From contig MNCI01000614.1 of assembly GCA_015680685.1 (NCBI GenBank), positions 722,248 through 786,247 on the forward strand: DNA of 64,000 bases, written 5' to 3'. The stretch's first letter is position 1. Each line of letters starts with the position of its first letter. Under the pieces are notes generated by a model. The model saw only the letters and a program-made list of their open reading frames with translations, ran no database searches and had not been told where the DNA came from. This document shows, one piece after another, positions 1 to 13,845 of this stretch. The DNA is from Gnetum montanum (lineage: Eukaryota > Plantae > Gnetophyta). The position numbers and the translations under genes were made by a program.

Positions 1-299
1 CAGCTATGTCGATGAAGATGTGTTGATGCATGTCTGTTAATGCAAACTATTTATTGAAACTTCATCATGCCTCCATGAGTGATTGAAAACTCATCCTTTA
101 GGAAAAAAAAGTAGGATTGAGATTTTTACAAAAATTAAGAAAGTATGGAATTTATTAACTTAAAAATAATAGACTAATTGATTGACTAAATTTTAGTTCC
201 AAACTATACAAAATTAAAAATTGATGTCCATAACAACAAAATTGGATACTCTTACAAAAAATTCAATAGGTTTCCTTGAGCTTTTGAAGAGAAGGCAAA

Positions 300-3122
300 T
301 TTTCAAACAATGCCTGGATGTGAATGCTCCAATGGTGTTGAAGCTCCTTCACTAGGTTTTGGTGCTTGTGGCAATGACGTAGCTGAGGCTATCTTGGTGC
401 TACTACCACTACTAGTGGAAGCCTAAAATCATCCAATAATTCCTTCATCTTCTCTTCATTGCCATGGGGGTCATATGTAGTCATATTAGTCCACTTGGCT
501 TCATCAATGTGGGATGGCACAAGTATATCCCACATGCATGACATTGTAGGGAACATCTCTTTCACATTAACAAACCATGTTCTGAATTGTTTACATTTGA
601 TGTTGAACATCTTTACTAAGTTTTGTAGCTCATGGTAGTTATTCATTCTCAAAGTAAGGTTCTCAACAATAGATTGTTGATTTCTATGAAATTCAAGTTC
701 TATGCTAGCTATCTCTAACTACTACTTGGTTTCCTTATGTTGCATGTATTTTTCTTGTATAAGAGGTAGGAATTAGCCACCTACTTCTCTAATTCAATTT
801 TGGATCTTCCTACTATTAGCATAGCCACATTCACATATTGAATGTTGGCAAGCTCTATATATTTTGTCATGTCCTTGATCTATAGCTCCTTCAAGTAGAT
901 ATTGTCTTTATTATATGTGTTAAGGTCATCGAAGATTGGTTGCCACACATTGCCTCTTTGTTGGAGTTGTTGAAGGACCTCATTCATCTTCACCTTATCT
1001 AGTTGTATCTCTTTCTCAATTACTTCCTTGAGGAGTCCAACTTGGTTCCTATAATGATTCTTAACTTGTTCAAATTTTAGGGCCTCATTTTTCTAGGTTT
1101 TTGGGAAAGCTCTTTGACTACCTTCATCAAGAGATTTTTGTTTTATGTTGCCAACCTCCTTAGATCAAGGTTCACCTTGGGTAGCTATTCATGCTATTAT
1201 CAAATAAATTTGACCATTCAATCTTTCTATTGTTCGACATTTTATAGGCAATGCATGTCCTTAGTAAGAATCAAATTCTCCTTATAGACTTGTGATGAGT
1301 CCTTGTTAGTGTTAAAGACCATGGATTTTGACATGAACACATCAAAGACTACTACCTACTTTGCATTCTTAACCTCTTTGATTTTGTTTTGAAGCTATTA
1401 GAAAGCTTCATCTTAGGTGAGGTTTGAGTTGAGAATGGTGGGGTTGGAGAGACGAGCTTGCAACTCCATAACTGTGATGGCCAACTATTGGTTTTCGATG
1501 GTGGCTACCTATAGTTGGACATTAGCAATGATGATTTTACCATTCATCTCCAACAACTATAACTAGGTTGTAGTAATTTCTTCTAGAAGATTAAAAATAT
1601 TTAAAAGCAATTGCTTGGTTCCCCCAAGTCTTTCCAATACTTCTTCATGTTGGGCTGCACTTAATCAATCACTTCCTATTCTTGTAGATATTTGAATATC
1701 AACCATTGTGATAATGTCTAAGATAGATGTTTCATGAGCATTTAGGACTTCTACTACCCTATTGGCCATCACCTCTACTACTGTCTCCTATCCTCAATGC
1801 TACATCATTAGGATAGTTTCCATCTTGTCTTCCTCTAGGCACACATAGAAAGTTGCAGCATTCTTAGAAATTTTAGGGAACTCCTATTTAAGGATGGACA
1901 CTATAAATTTCCAAGTGCTTGAATTTTTTCTAACTAGTACCTAATTTCTTTGTGTGGAGAATAGCAGAACAATTTTCTCTAGCCAACTGATAGTCCTTCT
2001 AACTACATTTAGATGTCTAAGTACTAAATGATAAATTGATGGTTCTCCACCACCTAATGAACCTTTTTGTTGTTGAAACTACTGCTCATGTATTTTCTAG
2101 AGACTTTTTGTAGTTATGAGTGCCTTTGGCATGGTTTTTCTTGTAGGTGGTGGTGGTGGCCTCTCCTTTTCCTATAGCTTTGGTGCTACCCTATCCTTCA
2201 TCATATCCTGCCATGATGTGATAGGAGCATGATGGACTACATCATTGGTATATCATGTTATTCCTTTCCTTTTGTAAAGTTTTGTGATAAGGCATGAAAA
2301 TGGGAGTGTCATACTTCCTCTCTCATTTTCTTTAAATTACTTTTCTATCTCCAGATAGATGAGCTATGGAAGGTTGACATGGAATTTATAGCTTAGAGTA
2401 ATAGACACACAGTAGAGAAGATTATGACCTTCCTTGGCCTCTTCTTGGGGTTCAAGTGATAGGCTATGATTTTGAATTAAGCACATTCCACCTTTGTGAG
2501 TGCATTGTACTCCTTACAGTCTATCCCATGGTAGCATTGGACCCATTCTTTCTTAGCTTCTACATCCACCTAGGTTGATATTTCTACAAATGTTACCTTA
2601 GTATCAGGTAAATTGAGGGCCTCTACCATGGCCTCAAATGAGTATGGTGATATCCTTGATTTTAAATAATGTGTCTCCCTACTGATTATTCTAGAATAGG
2701 TAGGTCTCCTCCATGTACCATTCTTCATTGAAGGAGAAAATGGACTACATAGGTGACCCATGTAGTTGTGTGCAAGCTTCCTCAGGTACCAACTTTAAGA
2801 AGCATCTAAAGTTTAGTTCTTAGACAACCAAACTCTAAATCTCCTTGATTTGTATCTTCTCTAAGAAGGCCTTTGTAAGTGTGACCTCTAAGTTAGGTCT
2901 TGGAGTTGGAGCCTCATCTTGTCTAAATTGGCTAGTTTCAGCAATGGGAATCTATTGAAAAAATTCCACTTTAGGCTCCTCCCAAAGTGGTCTTGTTACA
3001 TGGATTTCTTTGGCCTATCATTCATGGGGTTTCTATTACTATTGCTAGTCCCTTCCTCCTCGTGGTCACTTCTCCCTTGGTTGGGAAGGTCTTCCTATTG
3101 GTGCTCTTATTTTTGGCTCCAT
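300..3122 (-). pseudogene. Accessory ORF2 relic of A0 (Transposase_32/Athila-ORF2-like domain, coiled coil, conserved C-terminal domain)
   Basis: Minus-strand translation gives FKIIAYHLNPKKRPRK...NLPxLIYLEIEK...LPFSCLITKLY, matching A2 YKIAVFHLNPMVRPSK...ILPQLIYLKMEK...LPFPCLFRKLC. ORF 389-652 holds the C-terminal motif FRTWFVNVKEMFPTMSCMWD..PSHI. Many stops. Confidence 0.7.
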
Positions 3123-3629
3123 CTATGATCACAAACATAAACATGGATTTGTGTTCTAGTGTGTAACCCTTAGTTTCTTTTTAATACCTTTCTTATTAGG
3201 TTATATTACACTTAGGTTTTTTTATGATCTTGATAGGTTCACTATTTTATTATTATTTTATTCATTGGCTACTAGGGTTTTTTTACAAGGTTTAACTTGG
3301 TTTGGACTAGATTTTAATATTATTTTAATGATTAAACGTTTAGAAGTTAGAAAAAAAATTAAATTTTTTTTTTGTTAGGAACCAAAGGCTTGTAGCCCCC
3401 ATGATGGAAAGCTTATCTCCTATAGCTATGAGGTTGAAGAATGAGGTGAATTAGGTAAGAAATTTATGAGTTAAGATTCTTGGAAGGTCTTTGGACTCTC
3501 AAAATGACAAAAACTCATCTCTCATTTGGAAGTAAATGGTGAAAAATTGCTATGTGTCACATGTATTTATACTATTTTTGTCTTGCATCAATGGAGATGC
3601 ATGTATGAGGATGCATTGATGCATCAGTT

Positions 3630-4830
3630 TGTTGACCTTTTGGCATGTCAAAACATTAAGAAAAATGGAGTACAAGGATGTTTGGGTGGTTGTTGTGTTT
3701 ACAGGAGCAAGAGCAAAAGACTCAAAGACTTACAAGCAAATTCAAGATCACAAGAACTCAAGGGAGCATGGACGAATATAAAGATTTCAAGACAAATGTG
3801 TCTATTTTTGTTAAGGATGATTCTTGGATGTTTTGGCATATTTTAGAGTATTTCTAGCTCATTAAGAACTTTTTTGGAGGCATCTAGAGGCTCCTAGCAT
3901 CAAAACGAGTAATTTCATTTTTGGCCCCTATAGAAGAGATGTCTTTCCCATACCAAAGATGTGTTTCTAGAAGGTAGCATAGGCAAAGACATCTCTACAA
4001 AATACTAGATGTCTTTCATCATACAAAGGTGTCTTTCCCTAGATAAAGACATATTTCCAAAATTGAGGTCAATTATAGAAAGACATGTTTCACTAGATGA
4101 AGATGTCTTTCCAAAATGAAGGCTAGATAAAAGAAGATGTCTTAACCATGAAGAATACATCTTCCATGACCATTAGCTAGTCATTGCATGAGTTTCAAGA
4201 TTAATTTGGAAATATGGTAGCTATAAGAAGATATCATATGCACTAGGAAATGTTCAAGATCATGTGGAACCATTGTCTAATCATTTGTCAATCATTGTAA
4301 TCATTATTGCTCATCATTGTATTATCATTTGTCCATTGTAAAGTGTGTTGTACCTCAAAGTACAAGGATCAGCAAACTAACTTGCATTCATCCCTTGTAA
4401 TTTTGGTTCTCTCTTGTTTCCCTACAAGGTTGATGTGCTTCTTGTGGGAAGGCATCTTGATTGAGCTTGTCAAGATCCTACGGGATTGAGTGGTTGGTGT
4501 TGCAACACAACACTCTAGAGCAGAGCTCAAGATTGTAAAGGTTGTGGAAGCCTAGAAATCATATTCTAAGCTTGATGGAACCTTCTGGGATTGAGTGGTT
4601 GGTGTAGCATCACAACACTTTGGAACAAAGCTTAAAGATTATACAGGGTGTGGTACCCTTCAAAACATATTTGAAAGGAACAAAGTTTGAAGATGTGCTT
4701 GTGAACTACCCTCTAAGTCTGGACTATCCAAGTTGGAAAACCACATTAAATTTAGTGTGTACTTTGTATTAAAGAATTTTTGTTTGGGGAACTTATTCAT
4801 CCCTGCCCTTCTATGTTCAACAATCCTCCA
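3630..4830 (+). repeat. 5' LTR of S1
   Basis: Starts TGTTGACCTTTTGG, is colinear with 7599-8825 and 61987-64000, and is followed by the PBS. Confidence 0.8.
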
Positions 4831-4832
4831 AG

Positions 4833-4846
4833 TGGTATCAAAGCTT
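4833..4846 (+). promoter_or_regulatory. Primer-binding site, tRNA-iMet type
   Basis: GTGGTATCAAAGC directly after the LTR; canonical form is TGGTATCAGAGC (1 mismatch). Confidence 0.8.
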
Positions 4847-4879
4847 GGTACTCTTGCACTCTACATTAATCTTCAAGAG

Positions 4880-5877
4880 TGAACATGGAAGGGCCAATCA
4901 ACATCAAACACACTTGGAAAAAGAGACTAATATGCTTCATAATTGGTGTGTTGAATTCATATATCACTTCTGCTATAAAGGTAAGTCTCTCATTCCCTTC
5001 CTTACATTCAGAAAGAAAGAAGACTATGGTTGTAAAGTTGACAAAACTCATGATTATTTGAATGATGTTTCCTTTTAAAAAAAGTATGGGATTTTTTGCC
5101 ATGAAGTTCTTTCTTTCCAAAATTTTTTCATTGAGATAAAATATGCTTTACATGCTAAGGAAATAAGAATTAAAGTTCTTAATGATGAATGTTTTTATCT
5201 CAAGATAGAGAACTCAAACTTCAAGGTTGAGATTCAGAAACTAACCAATGTGATTGAGCAGATGAGTAAGATCTTCAATCAACAAAAATCCAATCAATTC
5301 AGAGGTAAAAAAATTTTTAAGTTCTAATTTTGATTCATCATCAATACAATGTTTGGTATGTGGTGGAAGAGGCCATGTGATCTATGAATGTCCTAGTAGT
5401 AGTAGGTTACAAAAAAAGGATAGAAATGATGAAGAGATGAGAAATACCAACTTCTACTCAAGTTGGAATGATGGAAAGTAAAGTGAAAAAGAGGTGTAGG
5501 ACAATGCAAAGGATTCACTCCTCAATTGCATGGCTCTCATTGATGATGATGCTAATACCTTAGATGATGAACTTAATGAGGATGAGAGGTTTGATTTATT
5601 GTGTAATGAACTTTTAAATTTTCAAAATCTTTACGCAAATTTGAACAAGTAGGTAAAAACAAAGGCTCAATAAATTTCCTTATTAAATACAAAAACTTTT
5701 GATCTTACAAAAGAAATTTGAAACCTAACAGCTGAGAATGAAATACTAACCTTTCCTTATGAGTAGGGTAAGGAAGAAATTGTAGATGTAAAGCTTGTGA
5801 AAAAGAGGCCAGTTAAAGGAAAAGATTCCCTTCGAATGGTTCTTGGACACGGAAGGAGTCCACAAGATAAAAGTGAG
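4880..5877 (+). pseudogene. gag: Copia/Sirevirus gag relic
   Basis: CX2CX4HX4C zinc knuckle, acidic stretch, coiled coil and KGKDSLRMVLGHGRSPQDKS motif typical of the Sirevirus gag C-terminus. Stops and frameshifts. Confidence 0.65.
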
Positions 5878-6150
5878 TGATGAGTGGCGAGGTACCCCTA
5901 CACTCCACCATACGAATATGAGCGTACATGCGCGATCCGGTCGAACTCCGCAGACTAAATGCCTTAACGCCACAAGAAACACTTGGGGTTAATCGTTCGT
6001 TGTCTTCCCAGGCTTGCTTGTATGTGTCACGGTGTATGGTTAAGCAAGTCTGAGGTATGTGATTTTTTTGGTATTTTCGGCTTATCTTCTATGCTACCAG
6101 GAGAAAGGGTTGAGAAAACTAAACTAACTCTAACTAAGATCTAAGTCTAA
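5878..6150 (-). mobile_element. 3' (U5) end of a young LTR of the same family as 62758-63766, inserted into S1 gag and cut off at an N join
   Basis: Reverse complement is nearly identical to ~63495-63766, ends ...CCACTCATCA, retains CpGs, and stops at the single N at 6151. Confidence 0.9.
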
Positions 6151-7598
6151 NCTATCTTTATCATTAGGTTCTACTAATGGAAGGAATTTCTTTCAAACGT
6201 CTCTAAACTTAATCTTGATATGACATTCTAGATATATGAAAACATCTCCTAGCTCTTGTGTATTTCTAGTGTTTATGTATGTTTTCTTATGATGATTTTA
6301 AATAATGATTTCAATGCTTTCTGCCATGTTTTGGGGTGTTTTAGACTTATTTTGATAATTCAAGAAGTGTTCAAGGGCTATGATGACTTATTTGAAGGTG
6401 TCAATAGGTTTCTAACCTCAAAATAAGCATCTTTATTTTCAACCTTGGCAGAATAGATGTCTACTATTTCTTCTAAGTCATCTCATATGGATTTTAATGG
6501 ATGTTTTAGCAAATAGATGCATTACAAAAGCTGAACACTGTAGTGGCTTTCCTTTTACAAAAAGGAGATTTTTTGTTAATTATCTAGGAGGAAATTGCCT
6601 ACAATAAACATTAAAAATATTTTCATCTTCTTTGTTGAAACGATTCACTAATGGGAGACCTTAGTCTCCATACTTGATCTTAGAATTTTAGTGCAACATG
6701 AAGATCCTAAAAGGATAAAGGGAGAATAAAAATCTCTCTACAACAAATGCATCATGACAAAAGGAAGAAACTCAAGCATGTATGTAGGGGGAGCATGTAC
6801 CTCTTCAACAATTTTCATCCTACAAGCCACCAATGTAGGGGGAGTCTTTTGAGACTTTGACCAAAAGACACTCAAACATCAAGATGAACAAGAAAATGAT
6901 TATTCTTTTTATGGTAAAGTATCCTAAGTAAAAGTATGCTTTGATCAAAACATCCTTTGAACATTTTTCCTTAAGATATACTTAATGGTTCAGGTATTTA
7001 AATTGGCATGGTTGGTTACAAATCATGTAATATTGATATGTTTATAAAGTTGTATTGCTCGATTATTTCTTATGCATACACTTTTCTTATCATAAAGACT
7101 TTTATGCCTTAATTCTTTTACTAATGTTTAAAAAGAAGGAGAATATTGAAAAATTAAAAAATCATGTGATATTTATTACTAATGACTTATTGGTTTAGAG
7201 ACATGTTACTTGATCTTCAAGGATTATACTTTACTTCAAGCTTTAAGTTTTTAAATATTCTTGAATATCAATTGAAAGGCTTGGATTAGTTAATTTTTAA
7301 CTTTGTAAATAGATAAGGGGAAACTCTTCATGGAAACTAGTGCTAAGAGATGTATACTCTTTCACTGATATTATTTCTTAGCTAAATGTATTTTATCTCT
7401 ATGAGATTGTGATATGATGTTAGTTATGCATATTATATGATGTTGCTCTTTTATGATATATCTTTAAGAGACAAGTTTACATGCATCATCCTTTTTGGTC
7501 ATGTCCAAAAAGGGGGAGAAGTATCTCATGTATTATGATATTGTAATAAAGACTAACCCATTTTCTTAATTTTTGGACATTACCATAAAGGAAAATAT

Positions 7599-8825
7599 TT
7601 TTGACCTTTTGGTATGTCAAAACATTAAGGAAAATGGAGTACAGGGATGTTTGGATGGTTGTTGTGTTTACAAGAGCAAGAGAAAAAGACTTAAGGACTC
7701 ACAAGAAAATTCAAGATTACAAGAACTAAAGGGAGCATGGACGAATACAAAGATTTTAAGAAAAATGTGTTTATTTTTGTTAAGGATGATTCCTAGATGT
7801 TTTAGCATGTTTCAAAGTCTTTCTAGCTCATTTTGATGAGTCTATAAGGTTATAGATCTATGGCGACTTGTTTGGAGGCATCCAGATGCTCCTAGCATCA
7901 AAACGAGCAATTTCATTTTTGGCCCCTACAAAAGACACGTTTTTTCCATACCAAAGACATCTTTCTAGAAAGTAGCATAGGCAAAGATGGTTCTACAAAA
8001 TAGAAAATATCTCTCATTAGATAAAGACATCTTTCCCTAGACAAAGACATCTTCCCATAATTAAAGCTAGTTACAAAAAGACGTGTTTCACTAGATGAAG
8101 ATGTCTTTCTATAATGGAGGCTAGATACAAAAAAGACATCTTAGCCATGAACAAGATGTCTTCCATGACCATTATCTAGTCATTGCACAAGTTTTAAGAT
8201 AGATGTGGAAACATGGTAGCTATAAGAAGACATCATATGCATTGGAAAACATGCAAGCTCTTATACAATCATTATCTAATAATTTGTTAATCATTATTTC
8301 TTTTCATTTTATTATCATTTATCCATTGTAAAGCATGTTGTATCTCAAAGTACAAGGATCAACAAACTGAGTTGCATTCATCCCTTGTCATTGTTCTTCT
8401 CTCTTGTTGTCCTACAGGGTTTATATGCTTCTTGTGGAAAGGCCTCTTGATTAAGCTTTTTGGGATCCCATAAGATTGAGCTGTTGGTGTTGTGGCACAA
8501 CACTCTAGAGTAGAGCTAAATATTGTAAAGTTTGTGGCTTGAAAATCACATTCTAAGCCTAAAGGGACCTTGCAGGGTTAAGTGGTTGGTGCAGCATCAC
8601 AACACTCCATAGCAAGGCTTAGAGATTACATAGGGTGTGGTACCCTTCAAACCACATTTGAAAGGAACAAAGTTTGGAGGTGTGCTTGTGAACTACCCTC
8701 CAAGTGTGGACTACCCAAGTTGGGGAACTATGTTAAATTTGGTATGTACTTTCTGTTAAAGAATTTTTATTTAGGGAACTTATTATTCATCTCCCCTCCC
8801 TCTTCTAAGTTCAATAATCCTCACA
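7599..8825 (+). repeat. 3' LTR of S1
   Basis: Direct repeat of 3630-4830, preceded by purine tracts. Confidence 0.8.
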
Positions 8826-9989
8826 CGCTATGTTAATAGGGATGCATTGCTGCAACTATTTTAAATAATTTTTTCCAATAAAAAACTAAGGATTTTGGAA
8901 GGATTTGAGAATGAAATAAGAGCCCAAAAGAAGCCAAAAAATTCTAGAAGAATGAAAAAACATGAAAGAGGTTATGAGATTTGCTGGGAAAAGGAGATGT
9001 GGAGTAAAATGAATATGCTAAGGTGCTGCAAAATTAGATGTTTATGTGATGAAATGATGGGATCAAGTGCAAAATGACCAAGGAATAAGAAGTTTAACTG
9101 AACATGACCAAGGAGTATGCAGAGTAGGCTCATGCCATTAATGCCATTGCATGCCTTCATACCAAGAATTCTATAGCCACCAAGGATGATGAACAATGAT
9201 AGTTAAAAATCACATCCATGCAAGAAATTATCAAAGGATTATGACATACCAAAATAGACATATTAATTAACTATGATACAAGGTAGTGAGGTGGCTGACA
9301 ATGAGGATGAAGGGAATTTACCATTTTCTATCTATTAGCCATCTACTTAGACAATTCATATCATCATAGATTATATTCATTATTTAGTGAATGGGTTTAT
9401 ATACTTCAATTTTTTTGACTTCAAATTTGTTTCTTTTCGTCAAGATGCCTTAAGAGTATTAGAATTCTATGTTTATGTTTTGAGACTATTTTGATATCTT
9501 CTATACTCCTTCAATGTCCTTCCAATGTTTTTCACTAAGACTTGGTCCCTAAACTATATATTCATATAATACAACAAGATAAATGATTGCCTAAAAGAGT
9601 TTTTATCTAACCTTTTAAGCCCAAACTCCTAATTCCCTACATTTGTTTTTAATTATATAAACAACATTTGTTCCTCTTATTTTTCTTTCCTTAATAGATT
9701 TATCCTATCTATATATTCACATATTGAAGAATCAAGTATCCAAAAAAGTTCATAATTTTTATATTCTAATTACTAAATTTAAAATTGTATTGTGTGTTTC
9801 TTGTGTCCCATATCATCATTTTAGTTTTCTATACATTAACTTCCAAATAAAAAGAAATGCAAAAGTATTAAAAAATCTATAGCACATTAGAGATACCTTT
9901 CTCAAAAGTAAATATTAAATCTATATCATATGCATCAAGAAGTAGGTTCACTACTTGAGAGCCTATTTTTTAAATATGTTTATGTTGTT

Positions 9990-10345
9990 CGTTATACATC
10001 CAATCTTGCAACTCATTAATGAAGAGACCAAAGAGAGCTAGATACAAATGATAGACTTGCTACAACTAGATCATTTATCCAAGAAAAATAATCTTTAATC
10101 TTTTCGCCTCCCCTCATCTTAAGTTTATCATATTCACTTTGCAAGACCAAAAGTTTTGATTGTTTGACAATGGATGTACCTTGATAGGTGGCCTATAAGG
10201 TTTACCAAATTTCTTTAACAATCTTACATCTAGCTATTCTATTAAATTTAGACTTATTTAATGCACAATATAAGTAATTCTTTACTTTAGAATTGTACAT
10301 AAACTTATCTCTTTCTTCAAGCATCCATTTGTTCCATGGCTTGAG
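9990..10345 (-). pseudogene. gag: Ty1/copia gag (UBN2-type) fragment
   Basis: NYLYCALNKSKFNRIARCKIVKEIW followed by GTSIVKQSKLLVLQSEYDKLKMRGGEKI, the typical copia gag signature. Confidence 0.75.
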
Positions 10346-10479
10346 AGCTTTTGATGCGCTAGATAATTTAGCTACGGTAGTGTAGAAACCCATCAGCCAA
10401 GGATTCCAATGGGAGGAAATCCTCTTTCTCAAACAAGAATTTTGAGAACTTCAACTATGGTAAATACATTTTCTATAGG

Positions 10480-13400
10480 TTAGATTGACGAGGAACATAA
10501 GGTAAGGCTTATTAGAGCATTCAGAAATGTTGCAAGACTTTCATACATGGAGTTGAAGACTTTCAATGATATAGTTGGCTTTAATGTTTTTGCTAGTTGG
10601 ATAAAGATACCTAGGAAGCATTTCCAATGGAAAGGTACCAAATAAATTAAGGGTACCTATTGTTGAATCCAAATTAGAATATATGACTTCTACTTGATGG
10701 GAAAAGGAGTCAAAGTGTTATGAAAGATTAAACTATCAACTCATTAGATATTGCAATATGATGTAGTACAAGTTGAAAATAAAATTTAAATAATCTCATT
10801 AGATGCAAGAGACTATTATGAAGTTGAAATTCTTAATGTAAGGTGACAAAGATGTCAAAGAATTCTACATAGAATTTTATAATCTACTCCATCAAGATAA
10901 GGTAAACTAGAAGAAGTATGAATAAGCTTCAATATTTTTCGGAGGATTTAAAATGATGTATTAGCATTTATGAGCCACAAACTCTTAATGAGACTTATGA
11001 TTTGACACTTAAGGATAAACAGAAATTAATTGGATTTGAAAATAGGAGCAACAAAGTTCCAAGAAAATGGATAAGGGATCCAAATCTAAAAAGGAATCCG
11101 AGTACAAATCTAAATACAAGGATGGTTATCATGATAGGAAAACTAAACAAGACAATGAAAAGGACAAAGCTAAGAAGAACCAAGGCAAGGAAGACAAGGA
11201 TCATGACATCAACTCATCACAGAGTAGCTAATGACAAACATGTGCAAATCATGGAGGTGGAGGAGACATCAAGCCAAGTTCCTTAGAGTGGTAATCCTAA
11301 TTGTCCAAAAATTGAGAATATTTCTAAATTAAATTCTTGTACATTCATGGGAAATATGAATATAGGGAATCATCCTAATAGAAAAATGTTATTTTGGATT
11401 GGGGTTAGGTGTTTTCTTAATGGGAAATTGATTCATGTTTTGATTTGTAGTGGAGCCCAATAAAATGTTATTTCTTCTATGATAGCCTCTAGATTTGGTT
11501 TAGTAACTAATACTCATCTTAGACCTTATAAGATGCGTTGGTTGTATAGAGACTTTTCCTCAAAGGTGAGGAAACAATGTACTTTGAATTTTAAAATCAA
11601 AGATTTTCATGATGTTGTAAAGTATGATGTACTTTCAATAAATTGTGCTAATGTAGTTCTTGGTAGGCATTAGAATTTTGACAATGATACTTAGTTTGAT
11701 GAAGGAAGAAATGTGTGAAGTGTACCTAGATCTAATGGAATCCATGAGTTAATTCCTATGACAGTTAAACAAGTGAAATAGCAAAGCTTGCTTAATGCTT
11801 CCTTAATCCTTCTAAGAGAGAGGGAATACATTATGGAACATGATGAAATAGTTTTGATTTTATTATTATAACAACTATTACTACTAACCATGATGATGTG
11901 TAGGCTAATATTTCTATAGGCATACTAGGCTTGAAGGATACCTTTTCCAAGTTGTTCAATCAGGAATTGGATGGATTGCCATCAACTACAAATTTACAAT
12001 ATCAAATTGATTTTATTTCTAGTGTTACGATTCCAAATGAGAGAGCTTATAGGATGGCACCAAATTAATAGGCTAAACTGAAAATACAAGTAGAGGAGTT
12101 ACTTACAAATGGTCTTGTGAGGAAATCCATTTCAATTTGTGTAGTTTCAATGGTGCTAGTGCCAAAGAAGAATCACGATGAATGAATGACGTGCATTGAT
12201 TCTAGGGTAGTGAACAAGATAGTAATAAGGTATAGGTTTTCCATTCCAAGGATAGATGATATCCTTGATGTTCTTACCAATGCTAAAATTTTTAGCAAAT
12301 TGAAGAGTTTTTACCATCCAATTAGAATTACTCCTGGTAATGAGTGGAAGATAGCTTTCAAGATATTGGATGGATTATTTGAGTGATTCTAATGCTATTT
12401 GGACTCACAAATGCACCTGCTCCATTCATGAGATTAATGCATGATGTGTTAAAGGGATTAATTGGTAAGTGACATATTATCTTTCTTTACGATATTTCTG
12501 CATAAAACTCTAATGAGGAAGAGCACTTGAATCACTTGAGGATGATGTTTCTTAAGTTGGAGGGGGTACAATTGGTGATCAATATGAAAAAAAAAAGCAT
12601 TTCTTTAAGAAGAAAATCACATATTTGGGAAATGTGATTTCTAAAGAACTAGTTCGAATGGAAGCTACCAAGGCAAAGGCTATTATAGATTGGCCAACAC
12701 TAAGAATGTTGGGTAGGTAAGATCATTCCTTGGTTTAGTATGTTCGTATAGATGGTTTATAAAATATTCTAGGGGTATTTTATTATCTATGTTTACTTTG
12801 TTAAGGAAAAATGAAGACTTCATGTGGGATAATAAAATCCAAGAGAGCATTAACTTGTTCAAATCAAAAATTACTAGTGAATTGGTACTCGCAATTCAAA
12901 GTTTTCCAAAGCTTTTTTCAGTGGAGATGGATGCAAGTGGACTTGCCATTGATACAGTAATTTCACAAGAATGTAGGATTATTGCTTTATTTTTAGATAC
13001 ATTGAATGAGTTAAGCCAAGAATATAGCATATATAAGAAAGAGTTGTATGCTATTCTTGAAGCAATCCAGCATTGGAGGCATTACTTATTGATCAAGAAG
13101 CTCACTTTGATGATGGATCAAAAAGAACTTTAATTTCTAAAATCATAGAAGACATTGAGTGAAAAGCACATGAAGCGGATTGCATAATTTTAAGAGTTTA
13201 ATTTTCTATTGAAGCACACAAATGGGATAGCTAGTGTGGTGGCTAATACATTATCCATGATGCATGTGGTTAATTTTAGCATACCTCATGTGGAAGGTAT
13301 GGATGATTTTACTTCTTTATATGAACATGATATTGATTTTGGGTAGTTTGGAGAAGCCTCAAAGAGCCATTAATGAGTAGCATAGATTAGTGGAGGAACT

Positions 13401-13845
13401 ATCATATTCAAGATGCACTATTATTTAAGAATGGAAAGGTTTGTGTTCCTAATTGTGATTTTAGAAAAAAGATTTTCTTTAAAAAGCATTATAGTAGTAT
13501 GATAGGTTACATGGGTAGAGATAAAACATTGGAACTAAAGTTTTGAAATTTTTCAAGAAGTGTTTAACTTATTATAATTTTAAAGAAGGTAAAGGAGTGG
13601 ATGGATATTATATGCCTTTACCATTTTCCAAGGACCCATGGGAAAGCATGTTTATGGATTTTGTGAGTGGTATTCCAAAAATCAAAAGTGGGAACAATGA
13701 AATTTTTATTGTTATTGACATGCACTTCAAGATGGCACAATCCATTCCATGCAAGAAGGTAAGTTATGCTTCATATGTTGCAAATTTATATTTCCATCAT
13801 GTTATGAAGTTGTATGAAATTCATTTGAACATTATTAGTGAAAAA
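10480..13845 (+). pseudogene. pol: Ty3/gypsy (CRM-like) gag-protease-RT-RNaseH-integrase relic
   Basis: Protease region GLVTNTHLRPYKMRWL...[33 protein letters not shown], RNase H VEMDASGLAI...YKKELYAILEAIQHWRHYL, integrase PWESMFMDFVSGIPK in gypsy order. Many stops; truncated within integrase. Confidence 0.9.

Larger units (their letters stand above)
3630..8825 (+). mobile_element. Non-autonomous Sirevirus-like Ty1/copia element S1 (LTRs ~3630-4830 and ~7599-8825; gag fragment only)
   Basis: Two ~1.2 kb direct repeats. iMet-type PBS TGGTATCAAAGC at ~4834. CCHC knuckle QCLVCGGRGHVIYECP at ~5347-5395. Multiple PPTs (GTAGGGGGAG at 6784 and 6835, CCAAAAAGGGGGAGA at ~7506). No pol. TSD not recognisable. 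Confidence 0.8.
1..9900 (-). mobile_element. Partial Athila-like Ty3/gypsy element A0 (start of 3' LTR at 1-67, PPT, ORF2 relic, internal non-coding region), interrupted by a Sirevirus-like element
   Basis: Minus strand of 68-100 reads AGGATGAGTTTTCAATCACTCATGGAGGCA|TGATGAAG, the same pre-PPT/PPT/LTR-start block as A1-A3. ORF2 is homologous to A2 ORF2. Region 8880-8960 resembles the non-coding DNA upstream of ORF2 in A1/A2. Upstream boundary approximate. Confidence 0.65.

Noticed and set aside
3526-7836. Similar ORFs 3526-3846/7573-7836 and 5746-5982/63662-63871 as small gene families
   Set aside because: They are chance reading frames within repeated LTR sequence.
3620-8835. TSD for Sirevirus-like S1
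   Set aside because: Flanks CAGTT versus CGCTA/CACGC do not match, so the ends remain approximate.
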